The notes under the pieces are model-generated. The model ran no database searches. It was not told the origin of the DNA and saw nothing but the letters and a program-made list of their open reading frames with translations. A DNA stretch of 32,362 nucleotides, taken from IMG/VR virus record IMGVR_UViG_3300044723_003027, positions 1 through 32,362 of that record; one strand, written 5' to 3'. Made by a program: the position numbers and the translations under genes. Positions 1 through 12,063 of the stretch are shown one piece after another. Origin of the DNA: a virus (lineage: Duplodnaviria > Caudoviricetes). How positions within the stretch are numbered: the first letter of the stretch is position 1; every line of letters starts with the position of its first letter.

Positions 1-3000
1 GCATTTGATCAAAACCTAAATGCTTGGGACGTTAGTTTAATACCGTCAACACCATCAAACTTTGCCACAGGCGCTACATTATTCACTACCGACGAACATC
101 CTCTTTGGGGTACGTCAGGCGGTATCCTGTATCCGTTAAGTAATACTGCCACGGATCCTACTGGTACTGCTTGGAGAACGGCTAATCCAACGTATCAGTT
201 CGTTGCAAACGTTGGTATTTTAATGCCGACAGGATCACCTATTACTAGTATGGCGAGTATGTTCAATGGTAGTGCTATAAACGATCCTGATATTTCGTCT
301 TGGGATGTCAGCACTGTTACTAATATGGCTAGTATGTTCTCCAATGCTACTACATTCAATCAAGACATTAGTTCTTGGAATACAACTAATGTTACTAATA
401 TGGCTAGTATGTTCTCCGGTGCGGATGCGTTCAATCAAGATATTAGTTCTTGGAATGTAAGTAGTGTTACTACTATGAATTATATGTTTTCCCCATCCAC
501 AGCATTTAATAATGGTGGTGTAGCATTAAATGGTAACTTTGCTAGTACTATGACTAGTGTTGCTGATATGAGTCTGATGTTCTATCAAGCAACTTCATTC
601 AATCAAGATATTAGTTCTTGGGATGTGAGTAGTGTTACTGATATGGAGGCTATGTTTACCGGTGCTACTGTATTCAACAACGGTGGTGTAGCATTATCTG
701 GTAACTTCGCTAGTACAATGAGTAGTGTTTCTTATATACTCGGCATGTTCAAAGATGCTGTCGCATTCAATCAAGACATTAGTTCTTGGGATGTAAGTAG
801 TGCTACTATAATGACTAATATGTTTTACAATGCTGCTGCATTTAATCAAGATATTAGTTCTTGGAATGTAAGTAGTGTTACAAATATGGTTAACATGTTC
901 TATGATGCTATTGCGTTTGATCAGAACCTTAATGCTTGGGACGTTAGTCTCATACCGTCACTACCATCAAACTTTGCCACTGGAGCTACATTATTCACTA
1001 CCGACGAACATCCTATTTGGGGTACGACTGGTGGTATTCTATATCCGTTAAGCAACACGGCTACAGATCCTACTTACAGTAATTGGAGAACGGCTAATCC
1101 AACATATCAGTTCATTGCAAATGTTGGTATTTTAATGCCAACAGGATCACCTATTACTAGTATGCAGAGTATGTTCGTTAATAATAGTTCTATAAACGAT
1201 CCCGACATTTCAACGTGGGATGTGAGTACTGTTACAAATATGATCCAAGCGTTTGACAACACATCAATATTTAATCAAAGTCTTTCTTCTTGGGATGTAA
1301 GTAACGTTACTGATTTTTACAGCATTTTTTCAAATGCAGCTGCGTTCAACCAAGATTTGAGTAATTGGAATCTCAGCAGTGTAACTAGTGGAAATGGTCT
1401 GGCAGCATTTTTCGCAAACACGGTAGTTTTCAATAACGGTGGTGTTCCATTAGCTGGTAACTTTGCTAGTACTATGTCCAATGTTCAAAACTTTAATGCT
1501 ATGTTTATTGGTGCTCAAGCGTTCAATCAAGACATTAGTTCTTGGGATACCGGTTCTGCAACTGACATGGGCAACATGTTCAATGGTGCTGTCGCATTTG
1601 ATCAGAACCTCAATGCTTGGAATGTTACAAATATCCCATCTTTACCAACATTCTTTGCTACTGGAGCTACATTATTCACCACCGACGAACATCCTATTTG
1701 GGGTACGTCAGGCGGTATCCTGTATCCGTTAAGTAATACTGCCACGGATCCTACTAGTACTAATAACACTTGGAGAAATGCTAATCCAACGTATCAGTTC
1801 ATTGCAAACGTTGGTATTTTAATGCCAGCAGGATCGCCTATTACTAATATGCAACAGATGTTTGAAGGTAGTGCTATAAATGATCCTGACATCTCGTCTT
1901 GGGATGTAAGTACTGTTACTAGTATGTATTATATGTTCTTCAATGCTACTTCGTTCAATCAAGATGTTAGTTCTTGGAATGTAAGTAATGTTACTGATAT
2001 GAGACAAATATTCTCCGGTGCCAACGCATTCAACCAAGATATTAGTTCTTGGGATGTAAGTAGTGTTACTACTATGAGGTATATGTTTTCGCCAAACACA
2101 TCATTTAATAATGGTGGTGTATCATTAAGTGGTAATTTCGCTAATACTATGACTAGTGTTACTGATATGAGACTGATGTTCTATCAAGCATCCGCGTTCA
2201 ATCAAGATATTAGTTCTTGGGATGTGAGTAATGTTACTCTAATGGAGGCTATGTTCCAAGATGCTACTGCATTCAATCAAGACATTAGTTCTTGGGATAC
2301 TTCTAGTGTTACGAATATGAGTTTTATGTTCTACAATGCGGCCGCATTTGATCAAAATCTAAATGCTTGGGATGTGTCTTTAATACCGTCATACCCAACA
2401 GGCTTCGATACTAACACGCCATTATTCACGGTTGACGAACATCCTGTCTGGGGCACTGACGGTACATACACACTATATCCATTGAGCAACACTACTGCGG
2501 AACCATTTTCTCAAACTTGGAAAGACAACTATGCTCCTGCAAATTGGGTATGGGTTCCAAACGTAGGCATTTATACTGATGGTCCTATAACAAATGCTGC
2601 GAATCTGTTTGCAGGCAATGCAACGTTCAATGATCCTGACGTTGGGTTATGGGATGTGACCACGATGACTGGTGGAGCTCCAAGTGGATTAACCGCCATG
2701 TTCGCAGATTGTACTTCTTTTAATCAAGACTTATCTGCTTGGGATACAAGCAACATTTTATCAATGTCGGGTATGTTCTCAGGCAGCGCCTTTAACCAAG
2801 ACATTAGTGGTTGGGATGTGAGTAGTGTTGGTAGTTTTGGTGGCATGTTCCAAAACTCAACCGCATTCAATAACGGTGGAGTTCCATTAACTTGGGTGAT
2901 TAACTATGCTAGTTCAGTTCTCAGTATGTTTCGTAATTGTCCCTTCAATCAACCAATCGACAATTTGATCACATCTTCAGTTAATCAAATGCAATATATG

Positions 3001-6000
3001 TTCCAAGATAATACTGTATTCAATCAAGACATTAGTGGTTGGGATGTAAGCGGAGTAACCAATCCTGATAATATGCGGTATGTGTTCAAAAATGCTTCAG
3101 CGTTTAACCAAAACTTAAATGCTTGGGATGTCTCTACAATACCTTCATTGCCACTGGATTTTGAAACTGGCACACCGTTATTCACTGTTGATGAACATCC
3201 TATCTGGGGTACTGATGGTACTATCTTGTATCCATTAACGGGCGAAGCAGAATCTATTTTGGATCCCACATGGATTTCTACTTACGCTCCAACCAGTTAT
3301 GTTTGGGATGCAACACCAGGCGCTGAAGGTATTCGTGTAAAAGCGAATGACCCTATTACAAACATGGAAAGAATGTTCCTTAATGGTGGTTCGCCTGGCG
3401 ATGGTGGAGTTAGTAGTACATTTAATAATTCTGATGTTTCATCTTGGGATGTCAGTACTGTTACTAATATGAAAAATATGTTTCGTTATTGCCCATCTTT
3501 TAACCAACCATTGGATTCGTGGGATGTGAGTAATGTTACTAATATGGAGACTATGTTCTACGCTCTTATTACGGGTGGATCGTTCAACCAACCATTGAAT
3601 TCATGGGATGTAAGTAATGTTACCAATATGAATAATATGTTTAACAATCAGTCTGCATTCAATGGAAACATTAGTTCTTGGAATGTGGGTAATGTTACTG
3701 ATATGAATAGTATGTTCAATGGCACCGCATTCAATCAAGATATTGGTTCTTGGAATGTCTCTAATGTTACTACTATGCAGGGTATGTTTGAAAATGCTTC
3801 AACATTCAATCAAGATATCGGTTCTTGGGATGTAAGTAATGTTACAATCATGATTAGTATGTTCCAAAATGCTTCATCATTCGATCAAGATATTAGTTCT
3901 TGGAACGTGTTGGCGGCTAGTGTTGCTCCAGGCGATCCAACTCCACCAACAAACTTTGATCTCAACACTAATGCCAGCTGGACAACAGCAGAGAAACCTC
4001 TTTGGGGTACTAGTGGTGGTATTCTATATCCGTTAAGTAACACTGCAACAGATCCTACCAGTACTACATGGCGTACTAATTATGGCACAGCTGCTGGATA
4101 CTCGTTTGTTGCAAACGTTGGTATCTTAATGCCAGCAGGAACACCACTAACAAGCATGTACTGGATGTTCAGATCAAATACTACGTTTAATGATCCTGAT
4201 ATTTCAACGTGGGATGTGAGTACTGTTACAAACATGGTGGAAACGTTCAGCGGCGCGTTATCCTTTAATCAACCTTTAAGTTCTTGGAACGTAAGCAATG
4301 TCACCGACATGACAGCATTGTTCCAAAATGCAGATGTATTTAACCAAGACATTAGTTCTTGGAATGTGTCTAATGTCACCAGTATGGATAGTATTTTTAA
4401 TTTTGCTATTGCTTATAATAATGGTGGTGCAACATTCTTGGGTAGCACTTTTTCTAGCACATTAAGCAATGTTACAAATATGTTCAAATTTTTTAGGTAT
4501 GCTGGTGTTTTCAATCAAGATATATCTGACTGGAACACTAGTTCTGTTACAAACATGAATCAGATGTTTGATAATGCTACAGCATTTGATCAAAACCTGA
4601 ATGTTTGGAACGTTACTAACATACCGTCATACCCAACAGGCTTCGATACTAACACGCCATTATTCACGGTTGACGAACATCCTTTTTGGGGCACTACAGG
4701 TGGTATCTTGTATCCGTTAAGTAATACTGCCACAGATCCTACTAGTGCCACTTGGAGAACTGCTAATCCAACATATACTTGGATTGCAAACGTTGGTATT
4801 TTAATGCCGACAGGATCACCCATTACTAGTATGAACAATATGTTTTCAGGCAATGGAACGTTCAATGATCCTGATGTTTCAACATGGGATGTGAGTACCG
4901 TTACTAATATGGGTAATATGTTTTATGACGCGAAAGCATTTAATCAGGATTTAAGTTCTTGGGATGTAAGTAGTGTTACTAATATGAGTAGTATGTTTTA
5001 CATATTTTCAGCAACAGGTACAGGTGTATTTAATAATGGAGGTGCAACAACATTACCATGGAATACATCTATTGTTACTAATATGAGTTTTATGTTTGCC
5101 GGTCAAAGTAATTTCAACCAAGACATCAGTACTTGGAACACTTCGAATGTTACTTCGATAAGGTGGATGTTTGAACGAACGACTGTATTTAACAACGGTG
5201 GTCAACCTTTAGCCACGAATGGAAATCAGTGGAATACATCTGCGGTCACGCTCATGGACAATATGTTCCGAGATGCTCGGGCATTCAATCAAGATATTAA
5301 TAATTGGGACACATCTATTGTCACTAGTATGGAAAGAATGTTCCTTCGTGCTGACGCATTCAATCAAGATATTAGTTCTTGGGATACAAGTTCTGTTACT
5401 AATATGAATTATATGTTCAATGATGCTATTGCGTTTGATCAAAACCTAAATGCTTGGGATGTGTCTTTAATACCGTCATTACCTACAAATTTTGCCACTG
5501 GAGCTTCGTTATTTACTACTGATGAACATCCACTATGGGGCACTACTGGTGGTATTGTGTATCCGTTAAGCAACACAGCTACAGATCCTACCAGCACAAC
5601 ATGGCGTACCAACTATGGTACTGCAGCTGGTTATTCGTTCGTTGCAAACGTTGGTATTTTAATGCCAGCAGGAACACCGTTAGCTGATATGACGGAGATG
5701 TTCAAGAGTGCTGCTACGTTTAATGATCCCGATATATCTGTTTGGGACACGTCTAGTGTTACTACTATGAGTCAAACCTTTAATGGTGCAACCTCATTCA
5801 ATCAAGATTTAAGTTCTTGGAATACTTCTAGTGTTACTAGTATGAGTGGTATGTTCCAAAATGCAACAGTATTCAATCAAGATATTAGTTCTTGGGATGT
5901 AAGTAGTGTTGATAATATGAATCAGATGTTCTACAACGCTCAGAATTTTAACAATGGCAGTGCAACTTTTGTAGGTAGCACCTTCGCTAGTACTATGACT

Positions 6001-9000
6001 AGTGTTTTATATACTGCGTCAATGTTCCAACAAGCATTTGCGTTTAACGCAGACATAAGCACTTGGAACACTAGTTCTTTTACTACCATGAATCGAATGT
6101 TTATGGACGCCACAAGTTTTAATCAAGACATTGGTAGTTGGGATACATCTAGTGTTACTAATATGCAAGAAACTTTTAATGGTGCAGCTTTTGGGCCCAT
6201 GGCATTTGATCAAGATATTAGTGGATGGGACGTGCTGGCGGCTAGTGTTGCTCCAGGCGATCCAACTCCACCCCTAAACTTTGATCTCAATACACCCGTC
6301 ACTTGGACATCTGATGAAAAACCTCTTTGGGGTACTAGTGGTGGTATTCTATACCCATTAAGCAACACAGCTACAGATCCTACCAGTAGTAATTGGCGTA
6401 CCAACTATGGTACTGCAGCTGGATATCAGTTCATTGCAAACGTTGGTATTCTAATGCCAGCAGGTACTCCGTTGGCAAATATGGATAATATGTTTCTTAG
6501 TAACACTACGTTCAATGATCCAGACATCTCATCTTGGGATGTGAGTACTGTTACTTCGATGGATGGTACTTTTAGTAGTATAAGTGTAAGCACAATGAAT
6601 TTCAATCAAGATTTAAGTTCTTGGGATACTTCTAGTGTTACTAATATGCAAAGTATGTTTAATGTTTCCAACGGGCCTTCTTTGTTTAATAACGGCGGTG
6701 TTCCATTAACATGGGATACCTCTAGTGTTACTAATATGCTTGCTATGTTTAGAGATGCTGATGCATTCAATCAAGACATTGGTTCTTGGGATGTGAGTAA
6801 TGTTATTAATATGAGTGCTATGTTCCTAGATGCTGCCGCATTCAATCAAGACATTAGTTCTTGGAATGTGAGTAATGTTACTAATATGCAGCAGATGTTC
6901 CAAAATGCTGATGCATTCAATCAAGACATTAGTTCTTGGGATGTGAGTAATGTTACTAATATGAATAGTATGTTTGATAATGCCACAGCGTTTGATCAAA
7001 ACTTGAATGTTTGGGACGTTACTAACATACCGTCACTACCATCAGGCTTCGATACTAACACGCCATTATTCACGGTTGACGAACATCCTCTTTGGGGTAC
7101 AGACGGTACTATCTTGTATCCATTAACGGGTGAAACATCAGATCCTACTAACGCTACGTGGCGTTCTCTTTACGCACCCGCTAGTTATGCTTGGGATGCA
7201 ACAGTAGGCGCTGAAGGTATTAGGGTAGCCGCAAATGATCCTATCACTAGTATGCAACAGATGTTTGAAGGTCAGACTATGAACAATGCTGATATTTCAT
7301 CATGGGATGTAAGTACTGTTATTAACATGGAGGGTATGTTCTGGAACAACACCCAATTCAATCAAGATATCAGTTCTTGGGACACTTCTAACGTTACTCA
7401 GATGCGTTATATGTTTCTGGCATCATACGCATTCAACAACGGCGGCCAACCATTAACCACGAACGGGAATCAGTGGAATGTGAGTAATGTTCTCGATATG
7501 GAACAGATGTTTTATTATGGCACCCCCGCCGGCGCCTCCGGCATGGTGTTTAATCAAGACATTGGAAATTGGGATGTAAGTTCGGTTGTTAATATGAGAA
7601 TTATGTTTGGAGGTAACGCGGTCTTCAATCAAGACATTAGTGCTTGGGATGTAAGTTCTGTTACTAATATGCAGAGAATGTTCGACACTGCTATTGCATT
7701 TGATCAGAACCTCAATGTTTGGAACGTTACTAACATATCGTCAATACCATCAGGCTTTGCCGATGGAGCTACATTATTCACTACTGACGAACATCCTATT
7801 TGGGGTACGTCAGGCGGCATCTTGTATCCGTTAACTAACACTGCCACAGATCCTACTAATAGTACTTGGAGAACGGCTAATCCAACATATCAGTGGATTG
7901 CAAACGTTGGTATTTTAATGCCAGCAGGATCGCCTATTACTGATATGAGTAGTATGTTCAGTAGTAATGGTGCTATAAACGATCCTGATATTAGTTCTTG
8001 GGATGTTTCTAGTGTTACTAATATGAGTAGTATGTTCGTCGGTGCTAACGCATTTAACCAAGATATTAGTTCTTGGGATGTTTCTAGTGTTACTAATATG
8101 ATTAGTATGTTCTTCGGTACTAACTCATTTAACCAAGATATTAGTTCTTGGAATGTAAGTAGTGTTATTTTTATGAATAATATGTTCTTCGGTAGTGGAT
8201 TCAACAACGGTGGTGTAGCATTAAATGGTAACTTTGCTAGTACTATGACTAGTGTTACTAATATGAATAGTATGTTCTATAACGCAGCGGCCTTCAATCA
8301 AGATATTAGTTCTTGGAATGTAAGTAGTGTTACTAATATGACTTCAATGTTCCAGAACGCTTCGTCATTTGATCAAAACCTCAATGTTTGGAACGTTACT
8401 AACATACCGTCACTACCATCAGGCTTTGCCGATGGAGCTACATTATTCACTACTGACGAACATCCTATTTGGGGTACGTCAGGTGGTATCTTGTATCCGT
8501 TAAGTAACACTGCAACAGATCCTACCAGCACAGTATGGCGTACCAACTATGCTCCAGTTGGTGGATATCAGTTCATTGCAAACGTTGGTATTATAACGCC
8601 AGCAGGAACACCATTAACTAATATGAGAAACATGTTTTCGTCAAATTCATCTTTTAACGATCCGGACATTGCAATATGGGATGTAAGTACTGTTACGAGT
8701 ATGCGACAAACATTCGCTAGTGCTTCGTCGTTCGACCAAGACATTAGTGGTTGGGATGTTAGTTCAGTTACCACAATGGAAGACATGTTTTTGAACGCTT
8801 TAACGTTTAATCAAAACCTTAGTTCTTGGAATGTAAGTAACGTTGTTAATATGAGTGGTATGTTCTTCAACGCTACCGCATATAACCAACCAATAACTGG
8901 AACCTTTGCTTCTACTACAACAAATGTTGTCACCTTTTTGAATATGTTTCGTAGCGCAACTTCGTTTAACTCAGACATTAGTTCATTAGACACATCTGGT

Positions 9001-12000
9001 GTTACACGCATGGATTATATGTTCTATCTTGCAACTTCGTTTAACCAAGATATTAGTGGTTGGAACACTTCTAGTGTTCTTAATATGCTTGCTATGTTTA
9101 AAGACGCTACTGCATACAACAATGATATATCCGGTTGGGACACTGGTGTTGTAACAAACATGTCCGAGATGTTCCAAAACGCTACAGCATTTGATCAAAA
9201 CCTAAATGCTTGGGACGTTAGTTTAATACCGTCAACACCATCAAACTTTGCCACAGGCGCTACATTATTCACTACTGACGAACATCCTCTTTGGGGTACG
9301 TCAGGTGGTATCCTGTATCCGTTAAGTAATACTGCCACAGATCCTACTTACAGTACTTGGAGAACGGCTAATCCAACGTATCAGTTCATTGCAAACGTTG
9401 GTATTTTAATGCCAGCAGGATCACCTATTACTAGTATGAGTGAGATATTTTCAGATATTACAACGATCAACGATCCCGATATTTCTACTTGGGATGTAAG
9501 TACTGTTACTAATATGTATAGAATGTTTTGGGGTGCTACTGCATTCAATCAAAACATCAGTTCTTGGAATGTGAGTAATGTCACACGCATGGATGGTATG
9601 TTTGGTTATGCCTCTGCATTCAATCAAGATATCAGTTCTTGGGATGTAAGTAATGTTACTACTATGAATCAGATGTTCTCCAATGTTGGTAATGCATTCA
9701 ATAATGGTGGTGTAGCATTAAACGGCACCTTTGCTAGTACTATGACTAATGTTATTGATATGGGTTCAATGTTCTACGGCGCTGACGATTTCAATCAAGA
9801 CATTAGTTCTTGGAATGTGAGTAGTGTTACTGATATGAGTAGTATGTTCTACCACGCTGACGCATTCAACAATGGTGGTGTAGCATTAACTTGGACTGCT
9901 GGTACTGGTACCACTAATGTTCTTACTATGAATAGTATGTTCAGAAATGCTATCACATTCAATCAAGACATTAGTTCTTGGAATGTCAGTAGTGTTACTG
10001 ATATGAATCAGATGTTCAGAACTGCTACTATATTCAATCAAGATATTGGTTCTTGGGATGTGAGTAGTGTTACTGATATGAATCAGATGTTCCAAGATGC
10101 GTTCACATTTGATCAAGACATTAGTGGTTGGGATGTATTGAATGCTAGTGTTGCTCCTGGGAATTCAACTCCACCTACAAACTTTGATACTGGTACACCC
10201 GGCACTTGGACAACAGCAGAGAAACCTCTTTGGGGTACGTCAGGTGGTATCTTATATCCGTTAAGTAATACTGCCACAGATCCTACTTACAGTGCTTGGA
10301 GAACTGCTAATCCAACGTATCAGTTCGTTGCAAACGTTGGTATTTTAATGCCGACAGGATCACCTATTACTTCTATGCAGGATATGTTTACAGACAATGC
10401 AACGTTCAATGATCCTGACATCTCGTCTTGGGACGTGAGTACTGTTACTAATATGAGTACTATGTTCGACAATGTTGACACATTCAATCAAGATATTAGT
10501 TCTTGGAATGTGAGTAGTGTTACTGATATGAGTAATATGTTCTGGAATAATAATGCATTCAATAATGGTGGTGTAGCATTAACTTGGACTGCTGGAACTG
10601 GTACTGCTAATGTTACTAATATGGCTGATATGTTCTTCAATGCTGCTTCGTTCAATCAAGATATTAGTTCTTGGGATGTAAGTAGTGTTACTGATATGAG
10701 TAGTATGTTCCAAAGTGCTACAGTATTCAACAATGGTGGTGTCGCATTAACTTGGACTGCTGGTACGGGTACTGCCAATGTTCAGTCTATGAGTGAAATG
10801 TTCTGGAATGCTACTTCGTTCAATCAAGATGTTAGTTCTTGGGATACAAGTTCTGTTACTACTATGAGTAATATGTTCCAAAATGCTGACGCATTCAATC
10901 AAGATATTAGTTCTTGGGATGTGAGTAGTGTTATTATTATGCTTAATATGTTCAACAATGCTGACGCATTCAACAATGGTGGTGTAGCATTGACTTGGAC
11001 TACAGGAACTGGTACTGCTGCTGTTACTAATATGAGTTATATGTTCACCAATGCTAACACATTCAACCAAGATATCAGTTCTTGGGATGTAAGTAATGTT
11101 ACTAATATGGAGACTATGTTCTACAATGCGGTTGCATTCAATCAAGATATTAGTTCTTGGAATGTAAGTAGTGTCACTAATATGAATAGTATGTTCCAGA
11201 ACGCCTCTGCATTCAACCAAAATATAAGTTCTTGGGACACATCTAGTGTTACTAGTAACGGTATGAATAATATGTTCAACGGTGCTAGTGCAATGAATTT
11301 CAGTCTTATAACTTGGAATGTTACAAATGTACCAAGTGCCAGTAATTTTGGAACAGGCAGCTCGATTCAAGAAAGCAATCCTAGAGAATATCCAGTCTGG
11401 GGAACTATAGGATCACAATTATTACTTAAATCAGATGCAGGTGTTATTTCAGATATTTCTGATGCTTCAGTATCATTCAATTTAGTTGGTAACTTTGCCT
11501 CTTCCTCGACTCAAACTAAATTTGGAAACGAATCTATGTTTGCTGATCAAACCACTGGAAATAATTATTTACAGACAACTACAGGGATTGCTTTAGGTAC
11601 TAGTTATTGTACAATAGAAGGATGGTTTTGGTCAGATCAAACTGGTAGAGGGGAAGAGGTTTTATTTACCTTTGGCGCACCATCAACCTCTGATTCTACT
11701 GGTAACAGATATTTAACTGTGACTAGAGAAGATGGACAGATACGTATATATCAGAATGATGGCGGTGTTATTAACAATCCGCAAACCATAGCGAGTCAAG
11801 GTCAAACTTCTTTTTTAACGTCACAATGGAACCATCTTGCAATAACTTATTCAAGTCAACCTGATCCCAGAGTTTTCTCCATGAATGGTTTCAAACCCGC
11901 AAATCTTGATCTCAATGTATATAATTGGGGCACTAGACCTCTAACATTGGCTGCATTTGCCGACGGCACTTCTGGTTTTCATGGATACATAGAAAACTTT

Positions 12001-12063
12001 AAAGTGGTTGTTGGCGAGGGAGTTTATTACTTCAACTATGCTTTACCGGCTGAATTCCTGTAA
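1..12063 (+). CDS. Giant DUF285/BspA-like repeat protein with C-terminal LamG (ConA-like) domain; probable virion adhesin or fibre; 5'-truncated, >4020 aa
   Basis: Frame 1 is open from base 1 ([18 protein letters not shown]...), so the ATG at 223 is internal. There are many ~25-aa repeats [25 protein letters not shown] (DUF285 consensus). The C-terminal ~215 aa ([31 protein letters not shown]) resemble phage LamG domains. Stop TAA at 12061-12063. Confidence 0.9.
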   Translation, partial: AFDQNLNAWDVSLIPSTPSNFATGATLFTTDEHPLWGTSGGILYPLSNTATDPTGTAWRTANPTYQFVANVGILMPTGSPITSMASMFNGSAINDPDISSWDVSTVTNMASMFSNATTFNQDISSWNTTNVTNMASMFSGADAFNQDISSWNVSSVTTMNYMFSPSTAFNNGGVALNGNFASTMTSVADMSLMFYQATSFNQDISSWDVSSVTDMEAMFTGATVFNNGGVALSGNFASTMSSVSYILGMFKDAVAFNQDISSWDVSSATIMTNMFYNAAAFNQDISSWNVSSVTNMVNMFYDAIAFDQNLNAWDVSLIPSLPSNFATGATLFTTDEHPIWGTTGGILYPLSNTATDPTYSNWRTANPTYQFIANVGILMPTGSPITSMQSMFVNNSSINDPDISTWDVSTVTNMIQAFDNTSIFNQSLSSWDVSNVTDFYSIFSNAAAFNQDLSNWNLSSVTSGNGLAAFFANTVVFNNGGVPLAGNFASTMSNVQNFNAMFIGAQAFNQDISSWDTGSATDMGNMFNGAVAFDQNLNAWNVTNIPSLPTFFATGATLFTTDEHPIWGTSGGILYPLSNTATDPTSTNNTWRNANPTYQFIANVGILMPAGSPITNMQQMFEGSAINDPDISSWDVSTVTSMYYMFFNATSFNQDVSSWNVSNVTDMRQIFSGANAFNQDISSWDVSSVTTMRYMFSPNTSFNNGGVSLSGNFANTMTSVTDMRLMFYQASAFNQDISSWDVSNVTLMEAMFQDATAFNQDISSWDTSSVTNMSFMFYNAAAFDQNLNAWDVSLIPSYPTGFDTNTPLFTVDEHPVWGTDGTYTLYPLSNTTAEPFSQTWKDNYAPANWVWVPNVGIYTDGPITNAANLFAGNATFNDPDVGLWDVTTMTGGAPSGLTAMFADCTSFNQDLSAWDTSNILSMSGMFSGSAFNQDISGWDVSSVGSFGGMFQNSTAFNNGGVPLTWVINYASSVLSMFRNCPFNQPIDNLITSSVNQMQYMFQDNTVFNQDISGWDVSGVTNPDNMRYVFKNASAFNQNLNAWDVSTIPSLPLDFETGTPLFTVDEHPIWGTDGTILYPLTGEAESILDPTWISTYAPTSYVWDATPGAEGIRVKANDPITNMERMFLNGGSPGDGGVSSTFNNSDVSSWDVSTVTNMKNMFRYCPSFNQPLDSWDVSNVTNMETMFYALITGGSFNQPLNSWDVSNVTNMNNMFNNQSAFNGNISSWNVGNVTDMNSMFNGTAFNQDIGSWNVSNVTTMQGMFENASTFNQDIGSWDVSNVTIMISMFQNASSFDQDISSWNVLAASVAPGDPTPPTNFDLNTNASWTTAEKPLWGTSGGILYPLSNTATDPTSTTWRTNYGTAAGYSFVANVGILMPAGTPLTSMYWMFRSNTTFNDPDISTWDVSTVTNMVETFSGALSFNQPLSSWNVSNVTDMTALFQNADVFNQDISSWNVSNVTSMDSIFNFAIAYNNGGATFLGSTFSSTLSNVTNMFKFFRYAGVFNQDISDWNTSSVTNMNQMFDNATAFDQNLNVWNVTNIPSYPTGFDTNTPLFTVDEHPFWGTTGGILYPLSNTATDPTSATWRTANPTYTWIANVGILMPTGSPITSMNNMFSGNGTFNDPDVSTWDVSTVTNMGNMFYDAKAFNQDLSSWDVSSVTNMSSMFYIFSATGTGVFNNGGATTLPWNTSIVTNMSFMFAGQSNFNQDISTWNTSNVTSIRWMFERTTVFNNGGQPLATNGNQWNTSAVTLMDNMFRDARAFNQDINNWDTSIVTSMERMFLRADAFNQDISSWDTSSVTNMNYMFNDAIAFDQNLNAWDVSLIPSLPTNFATGASLFTTDEHPLWGTTGGIVYPLSNTATDPTSTTWRTNYGTAAGYSFVANVGILMPAGTPLADMTEMFKSAATFNDPDISVWDTSSVTTMSQTFNGATSFNQDLSSWNTSSVTSMSGMFQNATVFNQDISSWDVSSVDNMNQMFYNAQNFNNGSATFVGSTFASTMTSVLYTASMFQQAFAFNADISTWNTSSFTTMNRMFMDATSFNQDIGSWDTSSVTNMQETFNGAAFGPMAFDQDISGWDVLAASVAPGDPTPPLNFDLNTPVTWTSDEKPLWGTSGGILYPLSNTATDPTSSNWRTNYGTAAGYQFIANVGILMPAGTPLANMDNMFLSNTTFNDPDISSWDVSTVTSMDGTFSSISVSTMNFNQDLSSWDTSSVTNMQSMFNVSNGPSLFNNGGVPLTWDTSSVTNMLAMFRDADAFNQDIGSWDVSNVINMSAMFLDAAAFNQDISSWNVSNVTNMQQMFQNADAFNQDISSWDVSNVTNMNSMFDNATAFDQNLNVWDVTNIPSLPSGFDTNTPLFTVDEHPLWGTDGTILYPLTGETSDPTNATWRSLYAPASYAWDATVGAEGIRVAANDPITSMQQMFEGQTMNNADISSWDVSTVINMEGMFWNNTQFNQDISSWDTSNVTQMRYMFLASYAFNNGGQPLTTNGNQWNVSNVLDMEQMFYYGTPAGASGMVFNQDIGNWDVSSVVNMRIMFGGNAVFNQDISAWDVSSVTNMQRMFDTAIAFDQNLNVWNVTNISSIPSGFADGATLFTTDEHPIWGTSGGILYPLTNTATDPTNSTWRTANPTYQWIANVGILMPAGSPITDMSSMFSSNGAINDPDISSWDVSSVTNMSSMFVGANAFNQDISSWDVSSVTNMISMFFGTNSFNQDISSWNVSSVIFMNNMFFGSGFNNGGVALNGNFASTMTSVTNMNSMFYNAAAFNQDISSWNVSSVTNMTSMFQNASSFDQNLNVWNVTNIPSLPSGFADGATLFTTDEHPIWGTSGGILYPLSNTATDPTSTVWRTNYAPVGGYQFIANVGIITPAGTPLTNMRNMFSSNSSFNDPDIAIWDVSTVTSMRQTFASASSFDQDISGWDVSSVTTMEDMFLNALTFNQNLSSWNVSNVVNMSGMFFNATAYNQPITGTFASTTTNVVTFLNMFRSATSFNSDISSLDTSGVTRMDYMFYLATSFNQDISGWNTSSVLNMLAMFKDATAYNNDISGWDTGVVTNMSEMFQNATAFDQNLNAWDVSLIPSTPSNFATGATLFTTDEHPLWGTSGGILYPLSNTATDPTYSTWRTANPTYQFIANVGILMPAGSPITSMSEIFSDITTINDPDISTWDVSTVTNMYRMFWGATAFNQNISSWNVSNVTRMDGMFGYASAFNQDISSWDVSNVTTMNQMFSNVGNAFNNGGVALNGTFASTMTNVIDMGSMFYGADDFNQDISSWNVSSVTDMSSMFYHADAFNNGGVALTWTAGTGTTNVLTMNSMFRNAITFNQDISSWNVSSVTDMNQMFRTATIFNQDIGSWDVSSVTDMNQMFQDAFTFDQDISGWDVLNASVAPGNSTPPTNFDTGTPGTWTTAEKPLWGTSGGILYPLSNTATDPTYSAWRTANPTYQFVANVGILMPTGSPITSMQDMFTDNATFNDPDISSWDVSTVTNMSTMFDNVDTFNQDISSWNVSSVTDMSNMFWNNNAFNNGGVALTWTAGTGTANVTNMADMFFNAASFNQDISSWDVSSVTDMSSMFQSATVFNNGGVALTWTAGTGTANVQSMSEMFWNATSFNQDVSSWDTSSVTTMSNMFQNADAFNQDISSWDVSSVIIMLNMFNNADAFNNGGVALTWTTGTGTAAVTNMSYMFTNANTFNQDISSWDVSNVTNMETMFYNAVAFNQDISSWNVSSVTNMNSMFQNASAFNQNISSWDTSSVTSNGMNNMFNGASAMNFSLITWNVTNVPSASNFGTGSSIQESNPREYPVWGTIGSQLLLKSDAGVISDISDASVSFNLVGNFASSSTQTKFGNESMFADQTTGNNYLQTTTGIALGTSYCTIEGWFWSDQTGRGEEVLFTFGAPSTSDSTGNRYLTVTREDGQIRIYQNDGGVINNPQTIASQGQTSFLTSQWNHLAITYSSQPDPRVFSMNGFKPANLDLNVYNWGTRPLTLAAFADGTSGFHGYIENFKVVVGEGVYYFNYALPAEFL
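97..11406 (+). repeat. Higher-order coding repeat: 14 complete modules (~220-390 aa), each N-cap + ~6-12 DUF285 repeats + C-cap
   Basis: The linker motif E(H/K/Y)PxWGT recurs 15 times, near 97, 1006, 1687, 2437, 3193, 3991, 4675, 5524, 6316, 7081, 7789, 8458, 9280, 10219 and 11386. All but the last are followed by (L/V)YPL(S/T) and an N-cap. Confidence 0.92.

Noticed and set aside
223-225. ATG 223 as the start of the giant ORF
   Set aside because: The frame is open from base 1 and encodes the same C-cap/N-cap sequence; this Met is the internal GILMP motif found in most modules.
235-11370. Many short minus-strand and alternate-frame ORFs within the giant gene (e.g. 10747-11370)
   Set aside because: Shadow ORFs produced by the repetitive coding pattern; their repeats mirror the DUF285 DNA and they lack independent signals.
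1-11400. CRISPR array or non-coding tandem repeat (constant blocks alternating with variable blocks)
   Set aside because: The repeats are in-frame coding units with synonymous variation and variable length; no cas genes or leader are present.
1-12063. Diversity-generating retroelement target
   Set aside because: No reverse transcriptase or template repeat is in the window, and differences between near-identical copies are not confined to adenines. A distant DGR cannot be excluded.
1-12063. Bacterial (Mycoplasma-like) or eukaryotic origin, or a chimeric contig, suggested by DUF285
   Set aside because: Trp is encoded by TGG under the standard code, the gene ends in a phage-type LamG domain, and it is coupled through the S8 gene to T4-like late genes with no obvious junction.
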